The notes below the pieces were generated by a model. That model saw nothing but the letters and a program-made list of their open reading frames with translations. It had not been told where the DNA came from and made no database searches. From Bacteriovoracia bacterium (GTDB lineage Bacteria; Bdellovibrionota; Bacteriovoracia; Bacteriovoracales; Bacteriovoracaceae): a stretch of 12,266 nt of DNA. The position numbers and the translations under genes were made by a program. The DNA lies in contig JBKHVI010000070.1 in NCBI GenBank assembly GCA_046570105.1, positions 1-12,266 of the forward strand, written 5' to 3'. Below, in pieces: positions 1 to 6,963 of the stretch (positions are counted from its first letter, which is position 1; the number at the start of each line of letters is the position of its first letter).

Positions 1-2
1 TT

Positions 3-17
3 CACTCTTCTATTATA
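3..17 (-). promoter_or_regulatory. Putative -10 box (TATAAT, 12-17) 6 nt before a GTG (3-5); possible leaderless start of a gene leaving the window
   Basis: The minus strand reads CCCC-TATAAT-AGAAGA-GTG-AA up to the window edge. The downstream ORF cannot be seen. Confidence 0.4.
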
Positions 18-56
18 GGGGGGACTACGGAGAGGGAGAGTGCCGAGAATTAGAGG

Positions 57-95
57 CACCCCTTAAAGAAAAGCTTAACTTTTCTTTAAGGGGTG
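57..95 (-). terminator. 17-bp perfect inverted repeat downstream of the S8 protease; probable terminator or 3' stabilising hairpin
   Basis: CACCCCTTAAAGAAAAG (57-73), a 5-nt loop, then CTTTTCTTTAAGGGGTG (79-95), 7 nt after the protease stop. There is no clean U-tract after it on the minus strand. Confidence 0.6.
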
Positions 96-102
96 AAAAA
101 CA

Positions 103-1776
103 CTAACGGATAACTTGAATTTCGCGAACTGCTACGCCCCAAGCGGCCTGTGAACTGTCAGAAGTGAACTCCAAAGTGAAGCTCTCCCCGCTCACATAGT
201 CAGTCGTAACGCCTTCGCCCTTACCGGTTAAGCGCTCGATAGTTGCACCAGTGCCATCTTTTAGAGTCAAGAAGTCATAGTTTGACTCGAGGTCATACTT
301 CTCAACCACCACACGGATATACTTCGCACCTGGGATGCTGAAAGTCTTAGTCACGCGTGCATTGTCTTTGTACGGATGCTCAGTTTCGAAAGCATCAGTC
401 ATACGCTCAGTCGTCCAGTCACGTGGGTTTGGCTCGTTACGAACCGGACGTGTATTGGTCAAAAGATTGTAAGCATCGACACGGCCACCAGAGATCGTGG
501 TGCGACGGTAAGCTGAACCTGGAACCGATGTCGCATTCAAACGCTCAATCGTTTCTGCATGGGGACGACGGCCTTCTTGGGCGACATAGAGACCCAACAC
601 GCCTGAGACGTGAGGAGTTGCCATCGATGTACCGCTGTACACTGAGTACGTATTGTTTGGCGTAGTTGATAGTACGTTGCGGCCAGGAGCTGCCACGTGA
701 ACAGTGCGCTTACCAAAACTCGAGAAGCTCGCCAATTGGTCTTGGTGAGTATTAGCAGCAACAGCCACCATGTTCTCAGTCTGGTAGTTTGACGGATAGT
801 TCGGACGAGTATCGTTGTTAGAAGTTGAGTTACCAGCAGCAGCGACAAACAAGATACCGCGGTCAGAAGCGGCCTTGATAGAATCAAAGAGAGCTTGTGT
901 GAAACCGCCGCCGCCCCATGAGTTACTCATGATATCGACGTTCATCTTAGTGGCGTAATCAATCGCCTCAATAGCATCGGCCAAAGTACCTGAGCCTGAG
1001 TCTGAGAGGAATTTAACTGCCATCATTTTTACTTCGCCCATCACACCGGCCACGCCGCCGTTGTTATGAGGAGCACCGATCGTACCGGCACAGTGTGTAC
1101 CGTGACCGTTACCATCCATTGGGTTGCCGTTATCAGCAGAAGCGTTCCAGCCGTAAACGTCATCGATGTAACCGTTTTTATCGTCATCAATTCCGTTACC
1201 AGCGATCTCACCCGCATTTGTCCACAAGTTCGCTTTCAAATCTGGGTGATTGTAGTCAATACCCGTATCAATAACTGCGATGACAACATCACGTGATCCC
1301 TTGGTGATCTCCCAAGCTTTCAGTGCATTGACGTCCACTCCCGAGACACCCGTTTCAGTGCTCACGTTTCCGTTACGATCTGGTTCGTTGCGGCCACCGT
1401 TTGAGAGACCCCACAAAAGACCAAATTTATCATCACGAGGCACTTCTGTTTGTGCCAACAATGCTTCTACTGGTGAGATCGTATTGATCGCTGTGTAGAT
1501 ATAGTTAGGTTCTGCGTACTCAACGCTTGGGTTATTACGAAGAGACTCAAGAGCGAGCGCCATTGATTTCTCAGTCGTCTTAACAACTGCGAACTGACCT
1601 GCGATGAGGTTCAAGTTCTTCTGTACGCCTTTAAGTCCAAGCGTCTTGCCTGGGCGTACCTTTACCAAAATTTCACCGGGAACATGAGCAGACTCGACAG
1701 ACATTTTCTCAGAGGCAAAAGCGAGAGGCGCTACTGCCATCAGACCAACCAAAACAGACAGTCTTTTTGTTTTCAT
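103..1776 (-). CDS. Secreted subtilisin-like S8 serine peptidase with propeptide and C-terminal CUB-like domain (557 aa)
   Basis: Signal peptide MKTKRLSVLVGLMAVAPLAFA; propeptide ending VEYAEPNY; catalytic motifs VIDTG, HGTHCAG, AAGN and GTSMATPHV; CUB-like tail ETEHPY...YDLESNYDFL...LEFTSD. The ATG at 1776 has an SD (AAGGAG) upstream and is preferred over the track's 1803 start. Confidence 0.95.
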   Translation of the reverse strand: MKTKRLSVLVGLMAVAPLAFASEKMSVESAHVPGEILVKVRPGKTLGLKGVQKNLNLIAGQFAVVKTTEKSMALALESLRNNPSVEYAEPNYIYTAINTISPVEALLAQTEVPRDDKFGLLWGLSNGGRNEPDRNGNVSTETGVSGVDVNALKAWEITKGSRDVVIAVIDTGIDYNHPDLKANLWTNAGEIAGNGIDDDKNGYIDDVYGWNASADNGNPMDGNGHGTHCAGTIGAPHNNGGVAGVMGEVKMMAVKFLSDSGSGTLADAIEAIDYATKMNVDIMSNSWGGGGFTQALFDSIKAASDRGILFVAAAGNSTSNNDTRPNYPSNYQTENMVAVAANTHQDQLASFSSFGKRTVHVAAPGRNVLSTTPNNTYSVYSGTSMATPHVSGVLGLYVAQEGRRPHAETIERLNATSVPGSAYRRTTISGGRVDAYNLLTNTRPVRNEPNPRDWTTERMTDAFETEHPYKDNARVTKTFSIPGAKYIRVVVEKYDLESNYDFLTLKDGTGATIERLTGKGEGVTTDYVSGESFTLEFTSDSSQAAWGVAVREIQVIR

Positions 1777-1928
1777 CCAGCACTCCTTGCAGGAAATCAA
1801 CACATCAATGTGTAGTTAGAGTTATGTTAAGATGAGGTTGGATTTGCCGGTAGGAAATTTTTGGCCTTGAATTGATTTTTAAGCAGGTTTGGGCCGTTTG
1901 TAAGAAAATAAAAGACAGGAGAATTACG

Positions 1929-2765
1929 ATGAGCCAAATATTCAACAAAAGTACTCACCCAGTCACTGTCAAACGTATCGCTGTGCGCGTGTGGGCCCTG
2001 CGTGATGAAATTGAAGCCGCCATCGATCGACGTATTAAAGAGTGCGAAGCTGCCGGCACCGCTCTCTATATTGATGACATCAAAGAATACTATGGCATGC
2101 GAACTGATCAGCCATTAAGTGAGCAACCCCAATTACAACTGGTCGACGGTGAAGCCGCACCGACTGAAAATATGGATCAAATGATGGAGGCCCTCGCCTC
2201 TGAAACACCCGCTGCTCCTGAAGAAGCTCCACCGGTTGAAGCTGCTCCCATTGAAGCAGCTCCCGCAGATGGAGCATCAGTTGAAGGAGTCTCCCCTGAT
2301 GCTCCAGTCGAGACGGCGCAAAAAGCCGACGAGATCATCGCCACACAATCACCAGAAGCCGCCGCTGAGGCGCCTAAGGCGCCACACTTGCAGCGCCCTT
2401 ACACGCGCACAGCACCTAACTCAGATAAAATTTCTTACGGCTTTGCTCTTTTAGCCGACGTCAATATGGAGTGGATGCTGACTTTCTCAAAACAAGGATT
2501 TATTCCCGGCCAGAGTGTTGTGGTCGAGTTTCTCATTCCTCGTCCATTTATGCTGAGTGCAGAGATTATGATGTGCAACAACGTTTCTATGCGAAGCCGC
2601 ATTATCAGCGAATCTAAGCCTGACTTCAGACTGCAATGCCGCCTGACTTACGCGCTCGCAGGTGAGCGCGCCCGTCTGCGTGATTTCCTCACTTCGGTGG
2701 AACCCGATCTTCCAAAGAAGATGACAGCTGTTAAGCCGCAAGAAGAAGCTGGCCCAGAGCTCTAG
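1929..2765 (+). CDS. Hypothetical protein: N-terminal helical region, acidic Ala/Pro/Glu linker, C-terminal degenerate PilZ-like domain (278 aa)
   Basis: SD AGGAG (1917-1921) before ATG 1929. The C-terminus has RPYTR, DVNMEW, F-x-x-G-x-x-V-x-V-E-F and a closing helix ERARLRDFL, resembling PilZ topology. The domain call is inference. Confidence 0.75.
   Translation: MSQIFNKSTHPVTVKRIAVRVWALRDEIEAAIDRRIKECEAAGTALYIDDIKEYYGMRTDQPLSEQPQLQLVDGEAAPTENMDQMMEALASETPAAPEEAPPVEAAPIEAAPADGASVEGVSPDAPVETAQKADEIIATQSPEAAAEAPKAPHLQRPYTRTAPNSDKISYGFALLADVNMEWMLTFSKQGFIPGQSVVVEFLIPRPFMLSAEIMMCNNVSMRSRIISESKPDFRLQCRLTYALAGERARLRDFLTSVEPDLPKKMTAVKPQEEAGPEL
2209..2267 (+). repeat. Short coding repeats (EAAP-like) in the low-complexity linker
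   Basis: Protein AAPEEAPPVEAAPIEAAPA; DNA TTGAAGCTGCTCCC / TTGAAGCAGCTCCC at a 15-nt period. Confidence 0.6.
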
Positions 2766-2787
2766 TTAAAAGTTAAACTCTTAGAAC

Positions 2788-3789
2788 ATGAACGCTCTTC
2801 GTTTTCATTGGTCGAGTTATATCGTCGCAGGCTTTGCTACTGTCTTAGTGGCGGTTGGTTTTTTTGCGGAAGTTTTTCAGGCGCCCCCCATCCCTCAAGA
2901 AATTGCTCAGCTGATTAAAAATCCATTGCCGATTGAGCGTATCCAAAAACTCAAGCGCGTCTCTTTCAGCAATAAAATGGGCCAATTTAAATTTGAAAAT
3001 TCTCATCCTGAGGGACTGATGGAAGGTCCTTGGCAAATGATCGAGCCCACCAACATTCGCGCCCGCAAAGATTTCTTTATTAAAATGATTGGCGTCTTAG
3101 AAGAAATTCAAATTCGCCACACTCATCGAAGTGAAACGATTAATTTGCAAAGCTTCTCACTCGATAAGCCGCTCTTTACCCTTGAGCTTGAACCGATTAA
3201 AGGCAGCAAGCTTGAGATCGCCTTCGGTCTCATCAATCCCATCGATAACTCGACTTACTTCGCCATCAAAGGCGAAGAATGGATTTATCAATGTAACACG
3301 CTCTCAATTCCGTTTGAGACGGTGACTCCTGATGAACTGCTCGACTCAAAGGCACTGGCCTTAAACTTTGATCAGATTAATTTTGTGGAACTTGCCACTT
3401 ATCCGTTCCAATCCCAGGGTCTCAAGCTCAATCGAACAGAACTTGAATGGCAGGATGAAACTGGCCGCAAGTTTGATCGCAAAAAAGTTGAAAACTTCTT
3501 GAAGGATTTACAGAACATCAAAAGCTATATGGTGCTGGATAAGTTGAATCCGGTGCAATCTCAAGAGTTGCAACGCCTGCTCACCACCCCGGCCCATCGT
3601 TTACGTATTGTCAGTGGCAATGCTGTGCCGGAAACTTTCTATATCAGCGCACCACTTGAAGCACTCGTCGATCTGCGTTTTGAAAAGAAGCGCTCGGTGC
3701 TCTTTTATCGAGAGGGATCGATTAATCCACTAGTCTTAAGTGGTGAAGAAGCGAATGTGTTTTATCGGAAAGAAAAAGATTTTAGATAG
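2788..3789 (+). CDS. DUF4340-like membrane-anchored periplasmic protein (333 aa)
   Basis: N-terminal TM segment (YIVAGFATVLVAVGFFA). Family-like motifs WQMIEP...A, FSLDKP, IAFGLINPIDNSTY, followed by a second degenerate repeat (W...KKVENFLKDL). Confidence 0.75.
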   Translation: MNALRFHWSSYIVAGFATVLVAVGFFAEVFQAPPIPQEIAQLIKNPLPIERIQKLKRVSFSNKMGQFKFENSHPEGLMEGPWQMIEPTNIRARKDFFIKMIGVLEEIQIRHTHRSETINLQSFSLDKPLFTLELEPIKGSKLEIAFGLINPIDNSTYFAIKGEEWIYQCNTLSIPFETVTPDELLDSKALALNFDQINFVELATYPFQSQGLKLNRTELEWQDETGRKFDRKKVENFLKDLQNIKSYMVLDKLNPVQSQELQRLLTTPAHRLRIVSGNAVPETFYISAPLEALVDLRFEKKRSVLFYREGSINPLVLSGEEANVFYRKEKDFR

Positions 3790-3799
3790 TACCCATAAG

Positions 3800-3825
3800 A
3801 AAGGGCCTCAAAAGAGGCCCTTTTT
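3800..3825. terminator. Bidirectional rho-independent terminator between the DUF4340-like gene and rpmG
   Basis: AAAGGGCCTC-AAAA-GAGGCCCTTT hairpin with a T-tract on + and an A-rich left flank, lying between convergent genes. Confidence 0.85.
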
Positions 3826-3846
3826 ATTAGATCAATTCGGAATCAA

Positions 3847-4026
3847 TTACTTGATTTCTTTATGAACAGTCACACGGCGAAGATTTGGGTTGTATTTCTT
3901 CAACTCAACGCGCTCAGGTGTTGTTTTCTTGTTTTTAGTAGTAGTGTAACGAGATGGACTTGCGCCTTCTTTACGGGCCTCAGTGCACTCGAGAGTAATT
4001 ACGTTACGTGGACCTTTTTTGGCCAT
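3847..4026 (-). CDS. rpmG: 50S ribosomal protein L33 (59 aa)
   Basis: Hand translation: [66 protein letters not shown] at 4033-4037. Absent from the ORF track. Confidence 0.97.
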   Translation of the reverse strand: MAKKGPRNVITLECTEARKEGASPSRYTTTKNKKTTPERVELKKYNPNLRRVTVHKEIK

Positions 4027-4064
4027 GGCCTTCCTCCGGGAAATTTAAACTGCAAAGTCCTGGT

Positions 4065-4094
4065 AAATTAAATTAAGATGCCCCGAGTTGGCAA
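4065..4094 (-). promoter_or_regulatory. Possible sigma70 promoter of rpmG
   Basis: TTGCCA (4089-4094), 18-nt spacer, TAATTT (4065-4070) on the minus strand. Confidence 0.3.
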
Positions 4095-4117
4095 CCAACG
4101 AAATGAGAGAATTGCAT

Positions 4118-4396
4118 ATGCATAGCGTTATCACACCCACGAATTGGACCTTCTGCCGCTTTGAATCGGGGGATTTTCGCGCCTTTATCAGTTTTGGCGC
4201 TGACCCTGAGACGATTGCCCAAGGCGAGTACCTGTATTTTGTGACGGTGACAGAGGGTGAAGACCGCGAGGTTCATCAAGAAGCGCATTCAACTCTCTCT
4301 AAGGCCTGTGAGGCGGTGAATGTCCGTTATGCTGATTGGAGCTTTGTGGATCAAACCGCGCCTAAAGAAGGTTGCGGGACATGTGTCGCGCACTAA
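4118..4396 (+). CDS. Small hypothetical protein with C-terminal GCGTCVAH putative metal-binding tail (about 92 aa; alternative start 4103)
   Basis: Fills the gap divergent from rpmG and has globular-looking composition. Its stop overlaps the lplA stop (4393-4396). Confidence 0.75.
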   Translation: MHSVITPTNWTFCRFESGDFRAFISFGADPETIAQGEYLYFVTVTEGEDREVHQEAHSTLSKACEAVNVRYADWSFVDQTAPKEGCGTCVAH

Positions 4397-5274
4397 GTAC
4401 CGACGAGACTCAACCATTGCTGGAAACTGACTTCAGGGCATAAAGCGACAAGTTCGGCGGCTTTAAAGAGCACACCTTCACAAGCACGATTCACTCCAGC
4501 CACTTTAAGCTCCTGCACAACTCCTTTGTGCACCACAAATTCATAGCTCTCGCCCGCCAGCGTGATCTCCCAGCTAAAATGCGGCGTCTCTCCATAAACC
4601 CAGCTCCAATCACTCCAGCGTGCGCGATCAAAACGAGGATCACTGGAATGAAGGACTTGCGCCTCGCCAAATTGCTGCATCCAAAATTGCGGCGAGAGCT
4701 TGGGGTTAAGCTCTGAGAGATTCATGACTATCGAACGCACTGAGGGAATAGATTTCGTTGAGGCAAGTCTCACCGGTGAATGCAGCGAGCGCTCTAGGCG
4801 TGCTAGATCGCCTGCAAGAAGGAGTGTGCCATGGTGAAGGGCGCGGTCTTTGGTTTGTTTGTAGGCCGAACCAGACACCTTACGAGTGGAATTGTCCGCC
4901 TGGCGCACGACGAGATCAAAGCGCGTATTGATCTCTACCGGAACATCCAAGCTTAAAAGTTTCTCTTGAATGACTTCAAGGGCCTGTGACTTTTTAAATC
5001 CCTGCATGGGGCGCACACAACAAAAGTTCACATTGCCCGCGTCGTGCCAAACTGTTCCCCCGCCTGAAGGTCTTCTTACCAGCGGAATGTTTTCTGCCTG
5101 CATCCAAGAGAGATCGGCTTCAATCCAGGGGTTTTGAAAACGGCCCACGACGACACAGGGTGGATTTTGATAGATAAACCAAACCGGAACATCGCCCTGA
5201 TATTCACGCAAGAGCCACTCTTCCACCGCGAGATGGAAGAAAGGATCGCGCTCATGCGAGACAAAGATTTTCAT
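4393..5274 (-). CDS. lplA: Lipoate-protein ligase A family protein (293 aa)
   Basis: Motifs LAVEEWLL, VVVGRFQNPWIE, LVRRPSGGGTVWHDAGNVN, RKVSGSAY, HHGTLL, SVRSIVMNL and WSWVYGETP. Confidence 0.93.
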   Translation of the reverse strand: MKIFVSHERDPFFHLAVEEWLLREYQGDVPVWFIYQNPPCVVVGRFQNPWIEADLSWMQAENIPLVRRPSGGGTVWHDAGNVNFCCVRPMQGFKKSQALEVIQEKLLSLDVPVEINTRFDLVVRQADNSTRKVSGSAYKQTKDRALHHGTLLLAGDLARLERSLHSPVRLASTKSIPSVRSIVMNLSELNPKLSPQFWMQQFGEAQVLHSSDPRFDRARWSDWSWVYGETPHFSWEITLAGESYEFVVHKGVVQELKVAGVNRACEGVLFKAAELVALCPEVSFQQWLSLVGT

Positions 5275-6698
5275 TTTTTCTTTTTATCAAGAAAGCACGG
5301 ATGACCGAAGAGACATTTTTCATTAATGGTGGTGGCCACTGACTCAGGCACAAATTTTTCCCAGCCCGCTTCATCATTAATAATCATGTTCAAGACTTTA
5401 CGCGAGTAAATATGCAACCACTCTTCGTGGAAGTTTTTAATATCGTGAAGCTTGCCGGTTTCTTTCAAATGCTCATAGATATGCTTGTGCTGAGGAGAAA
5501 CCGTCAGGTTCTCCATTTTCAAAAATTCTTTTTTATCTTCACTCATGTAGGGATAGACGAGCACGTGAACATTGGGTGCAAAGAGCTGACCCAAGGCCCC
5601 CATCAAACCACCTTCCACATTGGTATACACATCATCAAAGATCTGTTTGAAGTTATAGACTCCCAAGACCACGCCCACTTGGCGTGCGCGAAATTTAGCA
5701 AGATACTGAGTAAGACGGTAGTACTGCGGAAAATTTGAGATTAAAACTTTTTGTCCAAGCGCACACAAAAGCTCTACGCGTGCTAAAAAATCCTCATTGG
5801 CGATGACGTCGCCATCTTCTTGCAAGGTTGAGATGGTGACTTCGGCAATCGTTTGTACATCGCTTTCAGAAATATTAGCGACGCGAGCGAAATTGGCCTG
5901 GCCAGTTTTGATCATGTCCATACTCACAAGTGTCGGTGGGCGGTAAGAGCCTCGCACCAAGAGAATATCTTTTTTATAAAGATAATCCGCCGGCAACACC
6001 ACTTCCCCTTGTTCATTAAACATGACAGCGGGAGTGAAGCCATCTTTCACTAATTGCAAATTCAATAAACGGTTATCAACCTTGGCAAATGCCGGCCCCG
6101 AGACGCGCACGAAGTTGACTTCCATGCGGCCGGTATCCAAATGATCGAGCAATTGGCGCACCATTTTCTCGGGTGTCTCATGCAAACATAGTGCTCCATG
6201 AGTGAGATTCACGCCAATGATACCGATGGCATCTTGCTGCAAAATATTTTGGGGATCAAGCATTCGCACGTGAATGATGACATCACTGGGAGCACTTCCG
6301 GGAGTGGCCTGAAAACGCACCCCCATCCAACCATGGGCCTCATTGGTGCGCTGAAAATTAAGAGCGGCGACAGTATTAGCAAATGCGAAGAAACAGTGAT
6401 CCTTGCCTTTTACATCGGCGAGGCGTTCGCTCAAAAGATCATACTCGCGCGTGAGCATTTTTTCTAAGCGGGCCTCACACACGTAACGAGCTCCGGCCTC
6501 TTTGCCATAGATATGATCCGACATCACCATGTCGTAAGCTGAGATGGTTTTTGCGATAGAACCCGAAGCGCCACCGGCCTGGAAGAAATGACGGGCCACC
6601 TCTTGGCCGGCACCGATTTCGGCAAAAGTGCCATAAAAACGGTGAGCGAGGTTCACTCGTAATGCTTTCTGACGGATGGATAACTGCAGCTCAGACAT
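5271..6698 (-). CDS. Conserved protein with CinA/PncC-like N-terminal region and nucleotidyltransferase-like (NadD/NadM-like) C-terminal region (475 aa)
   Basis: Family signature KALRVNL...YGTFAEIGAGQEVARHFFQAGGASGSIAKTISAYD; C-terminal LVRGSYRPPT motif and ending WEKFVPESVA. SD AAGGT. ATGA overlap with lplA. The function is unproven. Confidence 0.8.
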   Translation of the reverse strand: MSELQLSIRQKALRVNLAHRFYGTFAEIGAGQEVARHFFQAGGASGSIAKTISAYDMVMSDHIYGKEAGARYVCEARLEKMLTREYDLLSERLADVKGKDHCFFAFANTVAALNFQRTNEAHGWMGVRFQATPGSAPSDVIIHVRMLDPQNILQQDAIGIIGVNLTHGALCLHETPEKMVRQLLDHLDTGRMEVNFVRVSGPAFAKVDNRLLNLQLVKDGFTPAVMFNEQGEVVLPADYLYKKDILLVRGSYRPPTLVSMDMIKTGQANFARVANISESDVQTIAEVTISTLQEDGDVIANEDFLARVELLCALGQKVLISNFPQYYRLTQYLAKFRARQVGVVLGVYNFKQIFDDVYTNVEGGLMGALGQLFAPNVHVLVYPYMSEDKKEFLKMENLTVSPQHKHIYEHLKETGKLHDIKNFHEEWLHIYSRKVLNMIINDEAGWEKFVPESVATTINEKCLFGHPCFLDKKKK

Positions 6699-6716
6699 AG
6701 CTTACCTTCGTGGTCT

Positions 6717-6737
6717 TATAAGTTTCCAGGACTTATA
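6717..6737. promoter_or_regulatory. 21-bp palindromic operator candidate (NrtR-box-like)
   Basis: TATAAGT-TTCCAGG-ACTTATA: perfect 7-bp arms with a GT-N7-AC core, immediately downstream of the minus-strand -10 box. Confidence 0.45.
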
Positions 6738-6739
6738 GA

Positions 6740-6748
6740 AGTCTAGCA
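6740..6748 (-). promoter_or_regulatory. Extended -10 promoter for the 6698-4393 operon
   Basis: TG-C-TAGACT on the minus strand, about 40 nt upstream of ATG 6698. Confidence 0.5.
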
Positions 6749-6799
6749 TGGGGCAAATAAAGGGCAAAGAAAAAGCCCTTGGGGCCCAAAATGGTGCAT

Positions 6800-6808
6800 T
6801 GCTATAAT
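6800..6808 (+). promoter_or_regulatory. Perfect extended -10 promoter (TGnTATAAT) upstream of the small ORF
   Basis: TGCTATAAT at 6800-6808; TTGGGG at 6779-6784 as a weak -35 (18-nt spacer). Confidence 0.65.
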
Positions 6809-6855
6809 GTAGCTAGGCCTTTGTTCCGAGAAGGATCATAGGCAAAGGGGATCAC

Positions 6856-6963
6856 ATGCGTGAGTTTATCTCTTCTCTCATTACAGCAGTCATCGACCTT
6901 CTTGGAATCGGAGAGCAAAGCCTTGCTCCCGTCCCAGTAAAAGTCGATAAACCACGTCGCTAG
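6856..6963 (+). CDS. Unannotated small protein (35 aa)
   Basis: MREFISSLITAVIDLLGIGEQSLAPVPVKVDKPRR*. SD-like AAGGGGA (6845-6851), upstream promoter, and a stop that shares CTAG (6960-6963) with pepN. Confidence 0.65.
   Translation: MREFISSLITAVIDLLGIGEQSLAPVPVKVDKPRR

Noticed and set aside
1800..1813. ACACAT-CA-ATGTGT palindrome upstream of the protease
   Set aside because: The arms are only 6 bp and I recognise no matching regulator; insufficient support.
3862..4071. 69-aa + strand ORF in the track
   Set aside because: It is the antisense shadow of rpmG, which has clear homology and an SD.
4373..4393. Possible c-type heme motif
   Set aside because: The sequence is CGTCVAH, not CxxCH, and there is no export signal.
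5271..6698. 'TonB-dependent receptor' label recalled for homologues
   Set aside because: There is no signal peptide, no beta-barrel pattern and no terminal Phe; the protein looks like a cytoplasmic alpha/beta enzyme.
6751..6768. GGGCAAA direct repeat between the divergent promoters
   Set aside because: Two 7-mers are too weak to call and may simply be -35-like TTGCCC elements on the minus strand.
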